48,230 nt of DNA, taken from positions 1 to 48,230 of the forward strand of contig JASJQH010006896.1 of NCBI GenBank assembly GCA_040143965.1, written 5' to 3'. Origin of the DNA: Basidiobolus ranarum. Its lineage: Eukaryota. Every line of letters begins with the position of its first letter. Within the stretch, counting starts at the first letter, position 1. The translations under genes were made by a program, and so were the position numbers. The notes beneath the pieces are model-generated. The model searched no databases. It was not told where the DNA came from and saw only the letters and a list, made by a program, of their open reading frames with translations. Shown here one piece after another: positions 13,601 through 27,003 of the stretch.

Positions 13601-15182
13601 ATGAAATGTATCATCTGCTACAAAGGCGGCTCGCTTTTTTGAGTAGGAATGATTTCAATCATATGACGTTAAAGCCTAGTTTTATGATGACTCCAATGGA
13701 TGATAATCTTCTATGGTTTAAGGTTAATAAAGACTATACTATACGTCGTAGAGTAGATCAAATCAATTGGTTATTCATTGTCAAAGATCATAATATTCAA
13801 CGCTGGCTAATAGTTAAATCTTCGAAGTCATTCCTAGTTAGAGAACTAGCTGGTGGGGTCCTAGCGCGCATAAAAACTTGCGCTTGTGGCAGAGGTAAAC
13901 GTGGAATATTTTATATAAGGGAATCCAGTACCTAATCTAGTTTCTACAACCTTTTGTCAAGTTAGGCTGCATACATATCTCCATACCTCGGGCAATGTAC
14001 TCGTGATGAAGTATTTTAGGAATGATGGACTTCGTATTCAAAAATTCACAGATTATCGGGGTTATTTAGGAATCAAATATGGATACTGGTCATCTTCAAG
14101 AATCCATAAATGGGATCAACAATCGGTATCTGTTGGTACAAACCACCTGGTGAAGTATTTTCTGCAATTATAAACAGAGTGCTGCTCTCTCATTTTAAGA
14201 TTTATGGTGATTAGGGATGGATGGCATAATACTTGAGTCATCCCGATCACAGTTCATGTCAACATGTGTTAGTTTCCCGCTCTTCGGAGTAAACAACCCA
14301 ATACGAAAGTCAATGTATTATCCATATTTCCGAAGCCAATAAAATATGTTAAAGCGATGCATTATTCGCCGTAGACTCTTGAAAATACTGGTCATCAAAA
14401 GCGTTGGGGAATTGTAAATAAAGTAAAATCAAATCACCCGATACTGACTGATGATATCACTTTAGTCCTGAGCACCCGAGCGCGTGAATGGATCTTTTCG
14501 ATGTCAAAGAGGGGTATCTACTATTTCGTGGCAATGCTTGGGTATCTATTTGATGACAATACTGGGACATATCTTCCGTTTCTCGGTATACGTTCTCAGA
14601 GCATACTGGGACTCAGGGTAATATGTTTAAACATTCTCTGGTGTTCCCAGTCAAACCAAGGACGTTATCAATGGCAGAACTTTCCTCCTATCGGTCCGTC
14701 ATTTGGCTGGTAACCGGGGCAAAACCATTTACTGTGAGCAAAAATGTTCAAAATCCGACTTCTTAAATTGGTAATTTTTTACTCTGACCTATGTTTTACT
14801 TATAAAATGCAACTAATTGAAATCGGGAAAATAAGCTCAAATGATGGATATTCCCCTATATGGTACGTATAATAGAGAATTTAGGCGGTTTTGCTACAAG
14901 AGTTTGCGCATAAATTGAATTAATATTTGCCAGCGAAATCAAATTATGATTCCTAGCCCAGAGTCGAGTATAAATTCCCTACGTCCATCGCTATCTTCAT
15001 ACCAATTTACATCTTTTTCGTTGAGATTACACTCTGACTTTAATTAACCAAGGCTCATCTTCAACCCTCACTGCGTCTAAAGTTCAGTACATTTTACTTC
15101 AACTACACTTCTCATTTCCCTATTATAATCATATAAACTGGAGCCTGCCGTATCTATTGAGAAACATCTCCCAGTCCCTAAG

Positions 15183-16172
15183 ATGGAGACGTATTTCGGG
15201 TATATTGAATCTGTCCATGATGCACTGCTGGTGATAGAATCTTGCCGTCTGGGCTATCTTCATCGAGTTCAAAGGCGTTTGAGTGAAAAAGAACGTCAAA
15301 GTATTCGTTCCGGATCCGTTTACGTTTGGGAGGAAGAGGAATCTGGAATGCGTCGTTGGACTGATGGTCGTGCTTGGTCTCCATCTCGTGTCCTGGGTAG
15401 CTTTCTGATATATCGTGAATTGGAAAACAAGCGCAAACACAATAAATCGTCAATGAATCATCCCTCTCCTCCTTTATCAGTAATAGAAGGAGATCTTGGT
15501 GACAAACGAGACCATTCTCACCTGGAATTCCCTTACAAAGATAGCGGCTTGATAAAGCAATCACTCTCAGTCACTACAACAAATAACCGCAAACTTCACT
15601 TGATAAGTTATTACACCAAGGATCATGTTACTTCCGGACAGCTCAAGGTTCCTTCTTACGATTCCTCTTTCTCCCACGTTAGAATACCAAAAGGCCTTTA
15701 TCCGGACATGACTACAGATCTTTTTGGTCGCCATGAGGATACTAGATTTGCACATCTTGAAAACCTAGATGTTCGTAATATGCATTCCCATATATGTCTC
15801 GGAAAATCGGATCCAGTGATGTCTCCGCTAAGTCGATTAGAACCTTGGGGGCAGTATCCATTAAAGATCATGCCTACATCTCCAATCAATCCCACATCTT
15901 ATCAGACAAGCCCTATCCGTACTGGATGTAGTACGTACTTGCCAAGCCCACCAAACTCTGAGCAAAACATTGCACCCAAAAACGAGCTGAATCTTCCTCC
16001 TTTGAAACTTCCACGTCTGCCCAGTCTCGCTCGTATGGCTGACACGCGTTGTATGTCTAATAGCTATCCACCCCAACCAACAATAACACCTTTGGTTGTA
16101 CCAACACCCAACCCTTCCACCAGCGAAGATCGTCGTCAATTAGCAAATCTCTCAACAGTCTTTACTATATGA
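15183..16172 (+). CDS. Gti1/Pac2 (WOPR) family fungal transcription regulator, Pac2-like, single exon
   Basis: METYFGYIESVHDALLVIESC...RRLSEKERQSIRSGSVYVWEEEESGMRRWTDGRAWSPSRVLGSFLIYREL, WOPRb GLIKQSLS...LHLISYY, and C-terminal SEDRRQL. TATAAA lies at ~14969. Confidence 0.95.
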   Translation: METYFGYIESVHDALLVIESCRLGYLHRVQRRLSEKERQSIRSGSVYVWEEEESGMRRWTDGRAWSPSRVLGSFLIYRELENKRKHNKSSMNHPSPPLSVIEGDLGDKRDHSHLEFPYKDSGLIKQSLSVTTTNNRKLHLISYYTKDHVTSGQLKVPSYDSSFSHVRIPKGLYPDMTTDLFGRHEDTRFAHLENLDVRNMHSHICLGKSDPVMSPLSRLEPWGQYPLKIMPTSPINPTSYQTSPIRTGCSTYLPSPPNSEQNIAPKNELNLPPLKLPRLPSLARMADTRCMSNSYPPQPTITPLVVPTPNPSTSEDRRQLANLSTVFTI

Positions 16173-17225
16173 GAACTGTTTGGCAGTCAGCTCGCATAGC
16201 CTCTGTATTATTAACAGTAGATAAAACCTTCCCTGGGTAGATCCACCCGACATATCATTGGCATGGATGTAGTTTAAGTAGTACTTTATAGACTTGAAAT
16301 TCTCATACCAACTCAGCTTACTAAGGAGGATTTCATAGCATTCTCAATTTCTTGTTTATCGTTGATAATTCTTTATATGTTAAATGGTTTCCCTGTACAT
16401 AATGTTCCAATAAAAAGCCAGATATTTGAAAGAAAATGATGATCGAAATTCTACTGACAAATAACTTGGATGAATCAAGCAACCACCTCGGGGCTTTGTA
16501 TCCGAAAGCATAACTAATCCAGTTAATCAACAGCATTGATCCGAGAGGCAAAGGAAACTCCGGATAAGATATACTTCCTCGGTAGGATATTAAGCCGAAC
16601 GCACAATTCTAATCTTTGGAGTAAATCCGGACTATGTGTTTAGTAAGCAACTTGCATCTATTTTCCTTAGACCGTGGATTTTTCAAGTTCATTAAATACT
16701 ATATCTAGAAAGAGAAATTGGATTTGGTGGTCGTCAATCTTATTCTATGAATTATTCTGCCTCTCCCGGACGCTAAAGTTTAGCCTGATTATAGATATGC
16801 TTAATTACTGAACTCGTGGCTCAACTTTCCGGAACTTCCGCCGATTCACTCGGATGAAAGGAATCTCCATGACATCAACAAGTAGATAATACAAAAGGAA
16901 AAGGTTACGTCACAGAACGAACTCTGATCTATAATTAACTTGGAAATAGGCTTTTGCAGGAAGTGGTGCAGCAATCCGAAGCCTACTTACATAATGTGTC
17001 ACCGGTGTTGGTTGTCTTTGTCATTTGACGCAGGAAACCAAAGTGGTTCCAAATTCCTAAATAAATCAACCTTTGCATCGAATTCATTTTAGGGAATATT
17101 CACTAAATTTGAGCTATTTTCACTCCAAAAATGGGATTTCAGTAAAGCTTACCTTTAAATCCTCGTGTGACAACCTAAAATAATCTTCTTTGGATCAAAC
17201 ACAGGCTCACTGGTTAATCTAAGTA

Positions 17226-17688
17226 GATCCAAAGTTTTTCGCCAACTTGGATATTTTTCCCTCGAATTATGTTAAATATGGTATTTCTATTCTGGGTAGT
17301 GTCTGTTGGATTCATGAAGGAAATTCAAGTTAAGCCGGAAGACGAATATTTGATGGGTTTCTAGATAAAGAAATACTAAAAAACCTCTTCCATTTTTATC
17401 TGCTTCATTCTGTTTTCAAGATAGTAAGCAGGCTGCTTACAATTGATATTCACATATACTTTGTCATAAAAATTCGTTGCGATATACTCCACCTCTACTT
17501 GGTTATTTCTTATGCTTAGAAATTCATCGACATCGAAATATCTGGACCTGAGGCTTACAACGATTTCCAATTGACACTAGCACCTGTAAGTCGAATATTA
17601 TTGATTTCAATTGTTGTTCATACTCAATTTCAAACTAACTGAGGATGTGAAATAAAGAGAATAACACAACGAAGACCAGAGCGAACAT
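17226..17688 (-). CDS. Possible micro-exon secreted protein or gene relic (3' structure uncertain)
   Basis: ATG at 17688 gives hydrophobic MFALVFVVLFSLFHIL, then GTTAGT..CTTACAG to SASVNWKS, then further GTAAGC donors flanking NNQVEVEYIATNFYDKVYVNIN. Downstream joins are ambiguous. Confidence 0.3.
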
Positions 17689-18003
17689 TACTCCTACTAT
17701 CTGCTTAGGGCCGATGTGGTACGGTGGTTGGCCAGTGTTGATATCGTCAACTGTACTTGCGTTGTGCATAAGGGATAGCAGCATTGAATGTAGAATTATC
17801 CCTTCTATTGAAAGACGTGCTATTGCGTGGAAACGTACATCTAATTGCTGCAGGGATTATCAATTGGCGTGTTTCATGAGTAAACATAATCCATATCATT
17901 ACTGTTGTGTCATATTCTGCAGATCCTTGAGAATTGAGTCAACTATAAAATGAGGGTCTATCTAGAGAACTTATCAACATTCAACTCACTCTAGACATCT
18001 ACA

Positions 18004-18180
18004 ATGTATTTCCCTATCTCCAGCGCTATTATTGTGACTTTCTTCCTTGGGTTAGCCTCTGCCGGGAATTATCATGACTCTAGAGACTGTCGCAGTACAG
18101 GATGTCCCAGCGGAGAAACCTGTGTAAACCTGATTGCATGTGACGGAGGAGTATGCCCTGTAGATTACCGATGCATTTAA
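18004..18180 (+). CDS. Small cysteine-rich secreted peptide (58 aa, 6 Cys)
   Basis: MYFPISSAIIVTFFLGLASA-GNYHDSRDCRSTGCPSGETCVNLIACDGGVCPVDYRCI*. ACAATG start context, TATAAAA at ~17945, signal peptide ending in ASA. Below the ORF-track length cut-off. Confidence 0.85.
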   Translation: MYFPISSAIIVTFFLGLASAGNYHDSRDCRSTGCPSGETCVNLIACDGGVCPVDYRCI

Positions 18181-18944
18181 CATCTGACGATACCGTTGAT
18201 GGAGGACAATACGGGCTGTTTATCCTGTCAAAAATACCCGATTCTCCTGTTTTTAGCTTTATCTCATCAGTCATATTTGGAGATAAACAAGGCCCTTATT
18301 ATCTCTAACTAACCACTAAATCGTATATGAATAAATAAAGTTATGGTAGAGCTCATTCAAATTCCAATTATTAATATACAGCAATTAATATTAGAGAATC
18401 AATATGTTAATTGAATTGCACTTTTAATCTTTGTGCATGTATTTGTCTGATGAATATAATTGTGGAAATCATAACACGATCGAAACCAATCTGTACTGAT
18501 CGACCTACATAGCCTCACTAATCTCAGCACATCAAATATTTGAACTTGTATTCAGAGATCCAAAAGAAACATCTTTTGATCATTCAACTATTCTGCCTGA
18601 TGGAGTTAGGCCAAGTACCAATATAGGCAAGATCAGTTTACTCTATGTCTTCATCACGTCTACAATGCACGGCAATTCTTATTTCTACAAGTAAAATTGA
18701 CAAACATAATACGCATTTTCAATTTTAGTATCCCAAGAGAAGATTTCTGTTTATTGAGGATAAAGGCAAGATGCATGTCAGGTTGTGTATGTTGCAACTA
18801 AAAAGTTGGACTAAATCTTTAGTCTAATATAAACATGGAATTTAGTAATTACCAAATAATGGGGAAGATTGGAAGATAAAAAATGTGAATGATTTTAAAC
18901 AATTTGGATGTCAAGAAGAGTGAATGATGTATTGAAAATTAAGC

Positions 18945-19482
18945 CTAAACCATGAAGCTCTGTCCACAACCACATGCCTCTTTGACATTTGGGTTATGAA
19001 AAACGAATTGAGAAGATAATTTGTCCTCCACATAATCCATTTCAGAACCAATAATGGAAAGTAACGCTTTGGAATCGATCAATACACTGACATCTATGTT
19101 ACGTTAAAAAAACTTGAGCGACTTTCTTTCTAGGGTAGTTTGATTGAGAATTCTACATACCATCTTGCTTAACTTCTTCATCGAATTTCTCTTTCTTATT
19201 TGTGTAGTCTAAAGAGTAACTCATTCCAGAGCAACCTTTTGTTTTGACTCCAATCTTTAACCAATGCGGCTCCGCACTTTCTTTGTTCATCTTATCTGAA
19301 AGTTCTCTGATTCTATTAATGGCTGCTGGGGTCTATGAATTCCAATAATTGAAAGGTTAATTGTCGAACATAAGAACATAAAGTTGATACTTAGCGCTTA
19401 CAATTGCGATGGCTGCTTTTCGTGGTCTAAGTAAAGGACCAGTACGGACAGCAGCCTTTTTGACTGTAGCGGCGATGGACAT
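18945..19482 (-). CDS. ISA1: Mitochondrial Fe-S cluster assembly protein IscA1/Isa1, 3 exons
   Basis: MSIAATVKKAAVRTGPLLRPRKAAIAI|TPAAINRIREL...LKIGVKTKGCSGMSYSLDY...KFDEEVKQD|DVSVLIDSKALLSIIGSEMDYVEDKLSSQFVFHNPNVKEACGCGQSFMV*. The GCSG and CGCGxSF motifs are present. Absent from the ORF track. Confidence 0.95.
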
Positions 19483-20239
19483 TTATGAGTAGATGAAGGT
19501 GATTCTTCGTGGATTGAACAGAGATTCAATGTGTTGATAAACTAAAAGAAAACCAAGTAGATTTTTCTGTGAAATGGTGTAAAATTTAACAATATAAAGA
19601 GTGGCTTTTTAGTTAGTACAGTCACAAAGCTTTTTTGATTTTTAGCGACAAGTTAAATATATTGTCTAAATTTTGGTTTGAAGTAACTAAAGATGAGTTG
19701 TTCAATTTCTCGTAAGACTTGTTATGAGTTCAACTAGCAGTCAGTTTTTCTGACATATTTTCATTATGCCGCAGTGATGTGATATCGCATCGAACTGCGT
19801 ATTGTACACACGTTTATTGGTTATAAGGACTAGATGTAGGTCAGATCTGACTATATTCATTTAAACTACCTATGAGTGAAAATCAAATTTTAAAGTGATA
19901 AATACTCACTTCTTTGATGTTAAGTAAACAAATACTGGCCATAATCATACTAGGATTTCACCCCGAAGAGTGTTCCTGTTGAAACACTTTCTCCTTTTTA
20001 GCAACTTCCTATCCGACTCATGTCATTCTTTAGAGGTGCGAGGTCAGTATTCCCTTATTATTTCCCACAAATCACACCATATTAAACCTCAAGAAAATTG
20101 GGCACATTTAGTAGATCTAAATGCAGTTTACTCTACTCACAAAAACGTTCTTTTTCCAGAACACTTCCGCCTAGGTAAGACTTTTATTACACAAATATCG
20201 TGGGAAACGCGCCAGTAAATCACAGTGAATTCCTTACTA

Positions 20240-21798
20240 ATTTCGAACCCGATCTTTAGATGGTTAACAACTTCTTCCAATACACCTTGTGATACTCAGT
20301 TACCTATAATTGATTTTGCCCAAGATCCAAATTATAAGCTATATTATGTAAAGTCTATGGGAGAAGCAAACACTCTGATTGATGGTTTACAGTAAGTCAA
20401 ACATTAGCTTATTGCATGCCTTCTCTTATTCATACTTCTTAAAGAGGTAAAGTATTTGCTTTGGATATCGAGTGGCGCGTCAAAAATTTTAAGAGTATCG
20501 GAAAGACTGCTTTAGTGCAACTGAGTAATAGTGATGGGGTGTATCTTTTCCATATCAAACACATGCATGGTTAGTGCCTTTAGACATTCATTCAGATCAC
20601 TGCGGATATGTATGGTTAAACATGCATATGTAATAGAATTCCCGATTCGACTACGTGAACTACTAGAAGACCCATACATACTCAAACCTGGATGTAATAT
20701 TCGTGGGGATGGAACAAGGTTGTTTAAAGATTTTGGAGTAGAGTCTAAAAGCTTGTTGGAACTGGGGTCATTAGGCATTCAAGTTTCGAATGAATTTAAT
20801 GGACGCAAAATCCAAAAATTGACTACCCTGGTTGAAATTCTGGTTTGTTGGGTTCTGGTCACAGCTGCTAAAGTAAACATTAGATAACCTCATTTGCTTC
20901 ATTAGTTACAACGCTCCATGAAAAAGGATCGTAATATTGCATTGAGTAATTGGGAAGCGTACAAGTTATCTGCAGATCAAATTAACTATGCCGGAAATGA
21001 TGCTTATGTAAGTTAATAGCAAGACTACGCTATGCCAGCATCTGTTAACACCACCTAAAAATACCTTTGTAGGTCGGCTACAAACTTTTTGAACGTATTC
21101 GCGAGATACAGCTCGAGAAACAGAACGAGAAGTTCTGGTTAACTCTGTGCAATGTAGACAATGATACTAAAGTTCATGAAGTGGAGCGCACCCTTGAAAA
21201 ACAATTGATTATTTGTAACAACCCTCAAAAATATCCTATCATTTCCATTACAAATACAAGATGGAATACGCCAGTGGCTTCTGTTGGACGTCCAACATCC
21301 AACGAGCCAGAGGTCAATTTGCATACTTCGTTGAGTGATCTTCAGAACGCTTACTTTAAACACGAGAAAATGTCAAAAACAAGTAAATTTGAACTCTCAA
21401 TATCCGAGGATTTTAGCAACCAATTTGGTCAGGAAGTCATGGATCCTTGGAGAGAAACTGAGAAATCAAACGTTTTCAACCATTCAGAAGGAACCTTGTC
21501 GTCACCTTCAGCAAAGAAAAGAATGCTTAATCAAGGTAGCCAAGGTATACAACCATCATCTGCCCAGTTTTCTCGGACTTCACCTTTAAATGATGAGTTA
21601 TCTATTAAGCTAGTGAGTTTACCATCAGAGCCAGTTATGACTGAAATGGACCAGCATTCAAGGCATACTCAAATCTTTCAAGAGTCACTAAATTATTCAG
21701 AAAGTTGGGAAGAGAAAGAAGCCCATTCTGCGGGCGATTCCACAGAAGCTGATCATTTGGTTCAAGATTATTTGAGCAGTTTGTCCAATAGAGACTGA
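20240..21798 (+). CDS. WRN/EXD2-like DEDDy 3'-5' exonuclease with a low-complexity C-terminal tail (5' exons unresolved; start probably upstream, ~19700-20200)
   Basis: ExoI FALDIEWR, KTALVQLS, ExoII LRELLEDPYILKPGCNIRGDGTRL and ExoIII SNWEAYKLSADQINYAGNDAY lie in successive exons. Confidence 0.85.
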
Positions 21799-22516
21799 TG
21801 ATGGCCACTTAAAATCATTTACAGAAGCACAGTCTATATCATAAAAAAACCAATATAAATATCAAAAATCAATAGCCAAACAATTCTGCTCCAATAAATA
21901 TAAACTAATATTATTATTCACAGCAAGCTATGTAACCCAGGTAGTCACAACCATTTTTAATGTAGATAAAATATACATGCAACATTGAATCACCGTAAGA
22001 AAAGATAATCATGACTACCTGGTCGTTAAAGCAGTCATTCGTGTTTCCGATCGAATATCCAGCTCTATATCCTGTATGTTTGAGTGTAATTGCAGTAATA
22101 ACGTATATTTATTCAATCCATATAAACTGACAAAAGATTCTATTTCATAATTGTACTAGCTATGAACTGAATTACTTTAGTAATATAAAATTTAAGAATT
22201 TATGCCAAGCCATTGCTGTTTCCCTAATACTTGCATCGTTAACCATTTTCAGATTGAATTCCTTCTTTTGACGTAGCCTACTTGGCATGGATATATAAAT
22301 TACTGAATTGATTTCCTACTAAGTACCAATTACTTTCCCTCGATCGGCTCGCGATACTCCTAGCTTAATTTTCAAATACTTGTTCACACTATCTTGCCAA
22401 CTCGCCTCAGTTCAAGTATTATTCTGTACAATAATCTTTTCCTGACTCTATAATTATATCGAATAGTTATCTTCTTTGCCTCTCAGCCGTTTTTACTTTT
22501 CTCCAAGTACTTTCCG

Positions 22517-25500
22517 ATGAATCAAAAACAGAATGCCATCGCTAATATAGAAGAATTAGAGAGATATGCACAAGTATTTGAGGACCAGGAAATTTCCATG
22601 GAAGCCTGGATCGCTAAGGCCAATCGTTTATATGATCAAGTAATTGGAATTTGTTTTTCTCTCAAATTAGTCGTTTCCTTAACTCTCAACTCGGTTCGTT
22701 TTGTATGTAGGCTGGGATATCTAAGGATAAAGGCGATCTAGAAAACGCATATATACAGTATCTTAAATTCACCAAGTCAGTATCTATTATATACCCTAAC
22801 ATACCTTATGCTTTACTCAACCTTCACCTCAATCAGCATTGTCAATTTCATTTTACCTCGACGCAAAGTCAAATTACGTAAGGTATAGTGACTATGTTTC
22901 TCATTACACACGATATTGAACTGATGGTTTTATCTAAAGCGAGCATTCGAAGTGACATATATTTTGAAAGAATTGAAGATCAATTTGACGCAACGATTTG
23001 AAAATAATGCTCCCAGAAGCTCTTATGGCAGCAATTATTCAGAGCATGACTTGGGTCCTTCAAACAAAAACTCTGATACACAGGGCCTTACTCTTAAATA
23101 CAGCGCTATAACAGATGCCTCGGGATTGTCAAAAATTCCATCTGAGGATAGCAACTATAGTCCCAAAACCAATGTACAGAAGATGAGCTCAGATTTTAAC
23201 GTTGGAAAGTCTTACCCCATACATGAAGGTTCGTCTATACCTCAGGGACGATATTTTACCGAAGATAGTACCGCTATCAAGCCATTCACCGAGTACACAT
23301 ATGATTCTTCAACACACGAATATGATGACAATGAACTTCATGAATCGATGCTTAAGTTTCCTCAAGTCGAACATATTCACGATGTATCATTTACTGGTAC
23401 CAAATTGAATTCAGATCTTGATATCAATAGGATTTCACAAAGATTCCCCTCTTTGGATCATGTTGAATCTCTCAGTACTCCCTTTCAAAATTCTCATCCA
23501 GATGAAAGGTTTAGTCAGACGATGGGAAAAGAGCCCGCCCAAAATTTGGAATCTTCTAAAGTGACCAAAGATTTTCACATATCCTCTCAGGATACTCGAC
23601 CAGAGTTTAGTGGTCTAGTTATGGAGGGTGATCATAAATTGCCATGGAAGGCTCAAAAAGAAAACTTACCTTTAAGCTCAGCTTCTATACAAACAAAGAA
23701 GCAAGTGTTGAAAGGTAGCCTGGATAAGACTCGGTTCTCTTTTAAATCCAGAACTAATTCCAGACGCTGGTCAAGTTCCGTACCAATTTCTCAATCATCG
23801 TTCGCTTTTCCTCACGCAACAGTCATTTCAACAAGTGCACTTCATCAATACCTTTGGGGGACCAGTACGCCTCCATTGATTCTTCTAATGGATATCCGGC
23901 CTAGAGAAGAATTCCAGAAAAGCCATATCGATGCAAAGTACATAATCAATATTGATCCTATGATCTTGGAGAATGAGTAAGTGACCGTTGAATTATTATT
24001 GCCAAAACGTCTTTCTGAATCAAACGAATGAATCTTGTAACATAGAACTACGTCGTCAAAAATCGAAGCTGCGCTACTATCTTACTCAAAAGAAGAGCAA
24101 TCATTGTTCAATGAGAGACATAAATTTGACCTTATTGCTTTTTATGATCAGAGTTCTACTTCGTTGACCCAACGTCCTGTTGAACTTGGAGGAGATCTTA
24201 TGGCTAATCCCTTACAACATTTACTTTCAGCTATATACGAGCGTGAGTTTGAGAAGGTTCTAATTCGTATGCCAGTGTTGCTAAGCGGCGGTTATCAAAC
24301 ATGGAAAGCTCAATATGGAGAAGGCCCATCGAAACAGACGCCAGCGCAAAGTCATAACTCGGCTGCTATTCATAAAGTTGATGCCAATCAAAATGATTCC
24401 GTTGATTGGTTTAACCAACATCAAGACTCTCATACCGATGGGTAAAGTTTCTTGGTTATACTTCTGATTTGTTCTACACAAGTATTAAATTTATGTCCTT
24501 GAACATAGTCAACATAGCAAGATGAATGAACATAAGAGTTTGGATCAGATCGATATGTTAGCCGATAGATTAAATCGATCCGCCGTAATAGCAACCGCCC
24601 CGGGACGGCCTGTTGCACTGGAGACTTATGATTATTTTCAGCATGACCCTGTACCATCCGAATATACGACGTACCCACCTTACCCCGGTTACGGCTCGAA
24701 CATACCTAAGGCTTCAAGTCAGCATGGCTATAATTCTTCAGCAGCACCACCTCTATCTCTCCCTACCATGCCTAATCAAGCATATCTACCAGAACCCAGT
24801 AAGCAGAGTCATGAGCATCCACCACGTTGGTATTCCTTACAACAGCATCCGCAATACCGTACTCAAAGCTTGGATCAATATCGCCCTTTAATACCTCAAG
24901 TCGTATCACAGCAACCACAAGTGAATCATCAACGTTACTCTCTACCACTTACTGGCCAGAAAAACATTCATCCACAACCTTCTAGTTCATCACGGTATCC
25001 ATATATGGAAGAAATACAGCAACATTTTAAGCGTAAAAATATGAGTAAAGTGGAATCTCTTGTAATGCCACAGCCCGAATACCCATATTCGTCAACATCA
25101 GATCAGATACAAAAGCCATCCCTTGCGTTCTCTTGTCCACAGGCACCGAAAGCTAATCAGGCATTTCCTCAGCAAAATGGAAACAATTCAAGTCTCAGGA
25201 GGCGCAAAACATTTTTAGACAACCCTTATTATGGATTTACCGCAACCAACAATACCCATTATGGTCCACCACCACCACCATTGCTACCTAAACGACCTTT
25301 ACCTGTGCCACCCGTGTCACAAGCATTAAGAATAAGCCAGCAAATTCCATTTCCACAACAGAATCAATATCATTCACAACAATATTTGGCTCGCCCAACT
25401 TTCACCCATGAGCAGACATACGGTGGTCAGCCACCTAAGCTACCAATGCGTGGGCCCTCACCAACTTTCGAATCTTCAGTATCCCAACTTGGATCCGTAC

Positions 25501-27003
25501 GAGTTGGAATCACTGGTCTTAAAAACTTAGGAAACACATGTTTTATGAATTCAATTTTACAATGTTTAAGTGCTACAGTTCCCTTAGCTCGATACTTCCT
25601 TGGTAAGTAGTACCTCGTTTCATGGACTAATTCAACTAAACTAACCATTATGTATTATGATGGAGTATAGATGGTAGTTATAAGCGCCATATCAATTCCA
25701 CCAATTTTCTAGGGACTGGTGGTGTTCTCGCACAAGCATTTGGTGATCTCATACGAGTAATGTGGAGCGTACAATACACTTTCGTTTCCCCCATTACCTT
25801 TCGGGTATGTAATACGTCAATATCTACATGAAATGTATTAAATCACTAATCCATCAATGTAGGATGCCATCGGGAGATTTGCTCCTCAATTCAAAGGTTC
25901 AGATCAACAGGATTCCCAAGAATTACTAGGCTTCTTGCTAGATGGCCTACACGAGGATTTGAATTTAATAGTCACCAAGCCGCCACCTGACAAGAATGAT
26001 GACGATGATATGATGGAAAATATGCCAGAATACTTGTCCTCGGATTTAGCATGGGAGAAATATTTGCTACGGAATTCTTCGATTATCGTGAGTTTATTCC
26101 AAGGACAGTTTAGATCTAAACTTCAGTGTACCTATTGTAAACAGGTAAGAGATTTCCACATTAAAATCTAACCATGCGAATTTTGTTCTAACTTGGTATT
26201 ATGGTTTAGACTTCCACAACTTACAACCCATTTACGTATCTCTCGCTACCCATTCCTCTGAGAAACAACGGGGTCCCATTGTCGAGATGTCTGGATGAAT
26301 TTGTAAAGGAAGAAATATTAGACGGAGATGACGCTTGGTATGTCATATGAGAATTGTCACTAATATTCAACGTATCGACTAATTATCCATCCCCTTCTTC
26401 ATACACAGGTTCTGTTCCCGTTGCAAAACTCGACGAAGAGCAATCAAACGGTTAACTTTATCTCGGTTGCCAGATGTTCTCTTGATTCATCTGAAACGAT
26501 TTTCATTTTCTGGCCCCTTCCGAGATAAATTAGATACCCTTGTATCTTACCCACTGAAGTCGGTTAATTTTCATAAACTAATATTTAACTAGGAGTTAGT
26601 GTTCTAACCTTCCATTAAAACCCATAGGAAATTAGACATGAGACCGTATCTCCCATCTACCACAAGTAAAGCACCCGCCATTTACGATCTATACGCCGTA
26701 TCAAATCACTTTGGTGGATTAAATGGTGGTCATTGTACGTCTCTTTCATTCTAATTATTCTGAAACTGGAGCAATCATTGACTCATTTGCATCTATTGAA
26801 CTAGATACTGCACAGGTTAGAAACGGATACCGCGACCAATGGCATAACTTTGATGACTCACGAGTATCTGTATGTGATGAGAGATCTATTGTGGTAAAAC
26901 TTTTTGGACTTTAAAATAATGAATTTGCGAAGAGTTACTGATACATCTTTTACAGTCCAAGTCAGCATATATATTATTCTACGTACGCTCTACCATCAGC
27001 TAA
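22517..27003 (+). CDS. DOA4: Ubiquitin-specific protease, Doa4/USP8 type (N-terminal MIT-like segment, rhodanese domain, USP domain), multi-exon
   Basis: [14 protein letters not shown]-terminal segment; rhodanese [16 protein letters not shown]...LLSGGYQTW; Cys box [30 protein letters not shown]; His box [38 protein letters not shown]. Confidence 0.93.

Noticed and set aside
13495-13935. 146-aa ORF with a repeated SGLAIIVPY
   Set aside because: It has a TTG start and no recognisable motif, and the peptide repeat simply reflects the 27-bp DNA duplication.
18525-18693. ~55-codon open frame after a branch/acceptor-like CTAATCTCAG
   Set aside because: No upstream exon or start was found and there is no recognisable homology.
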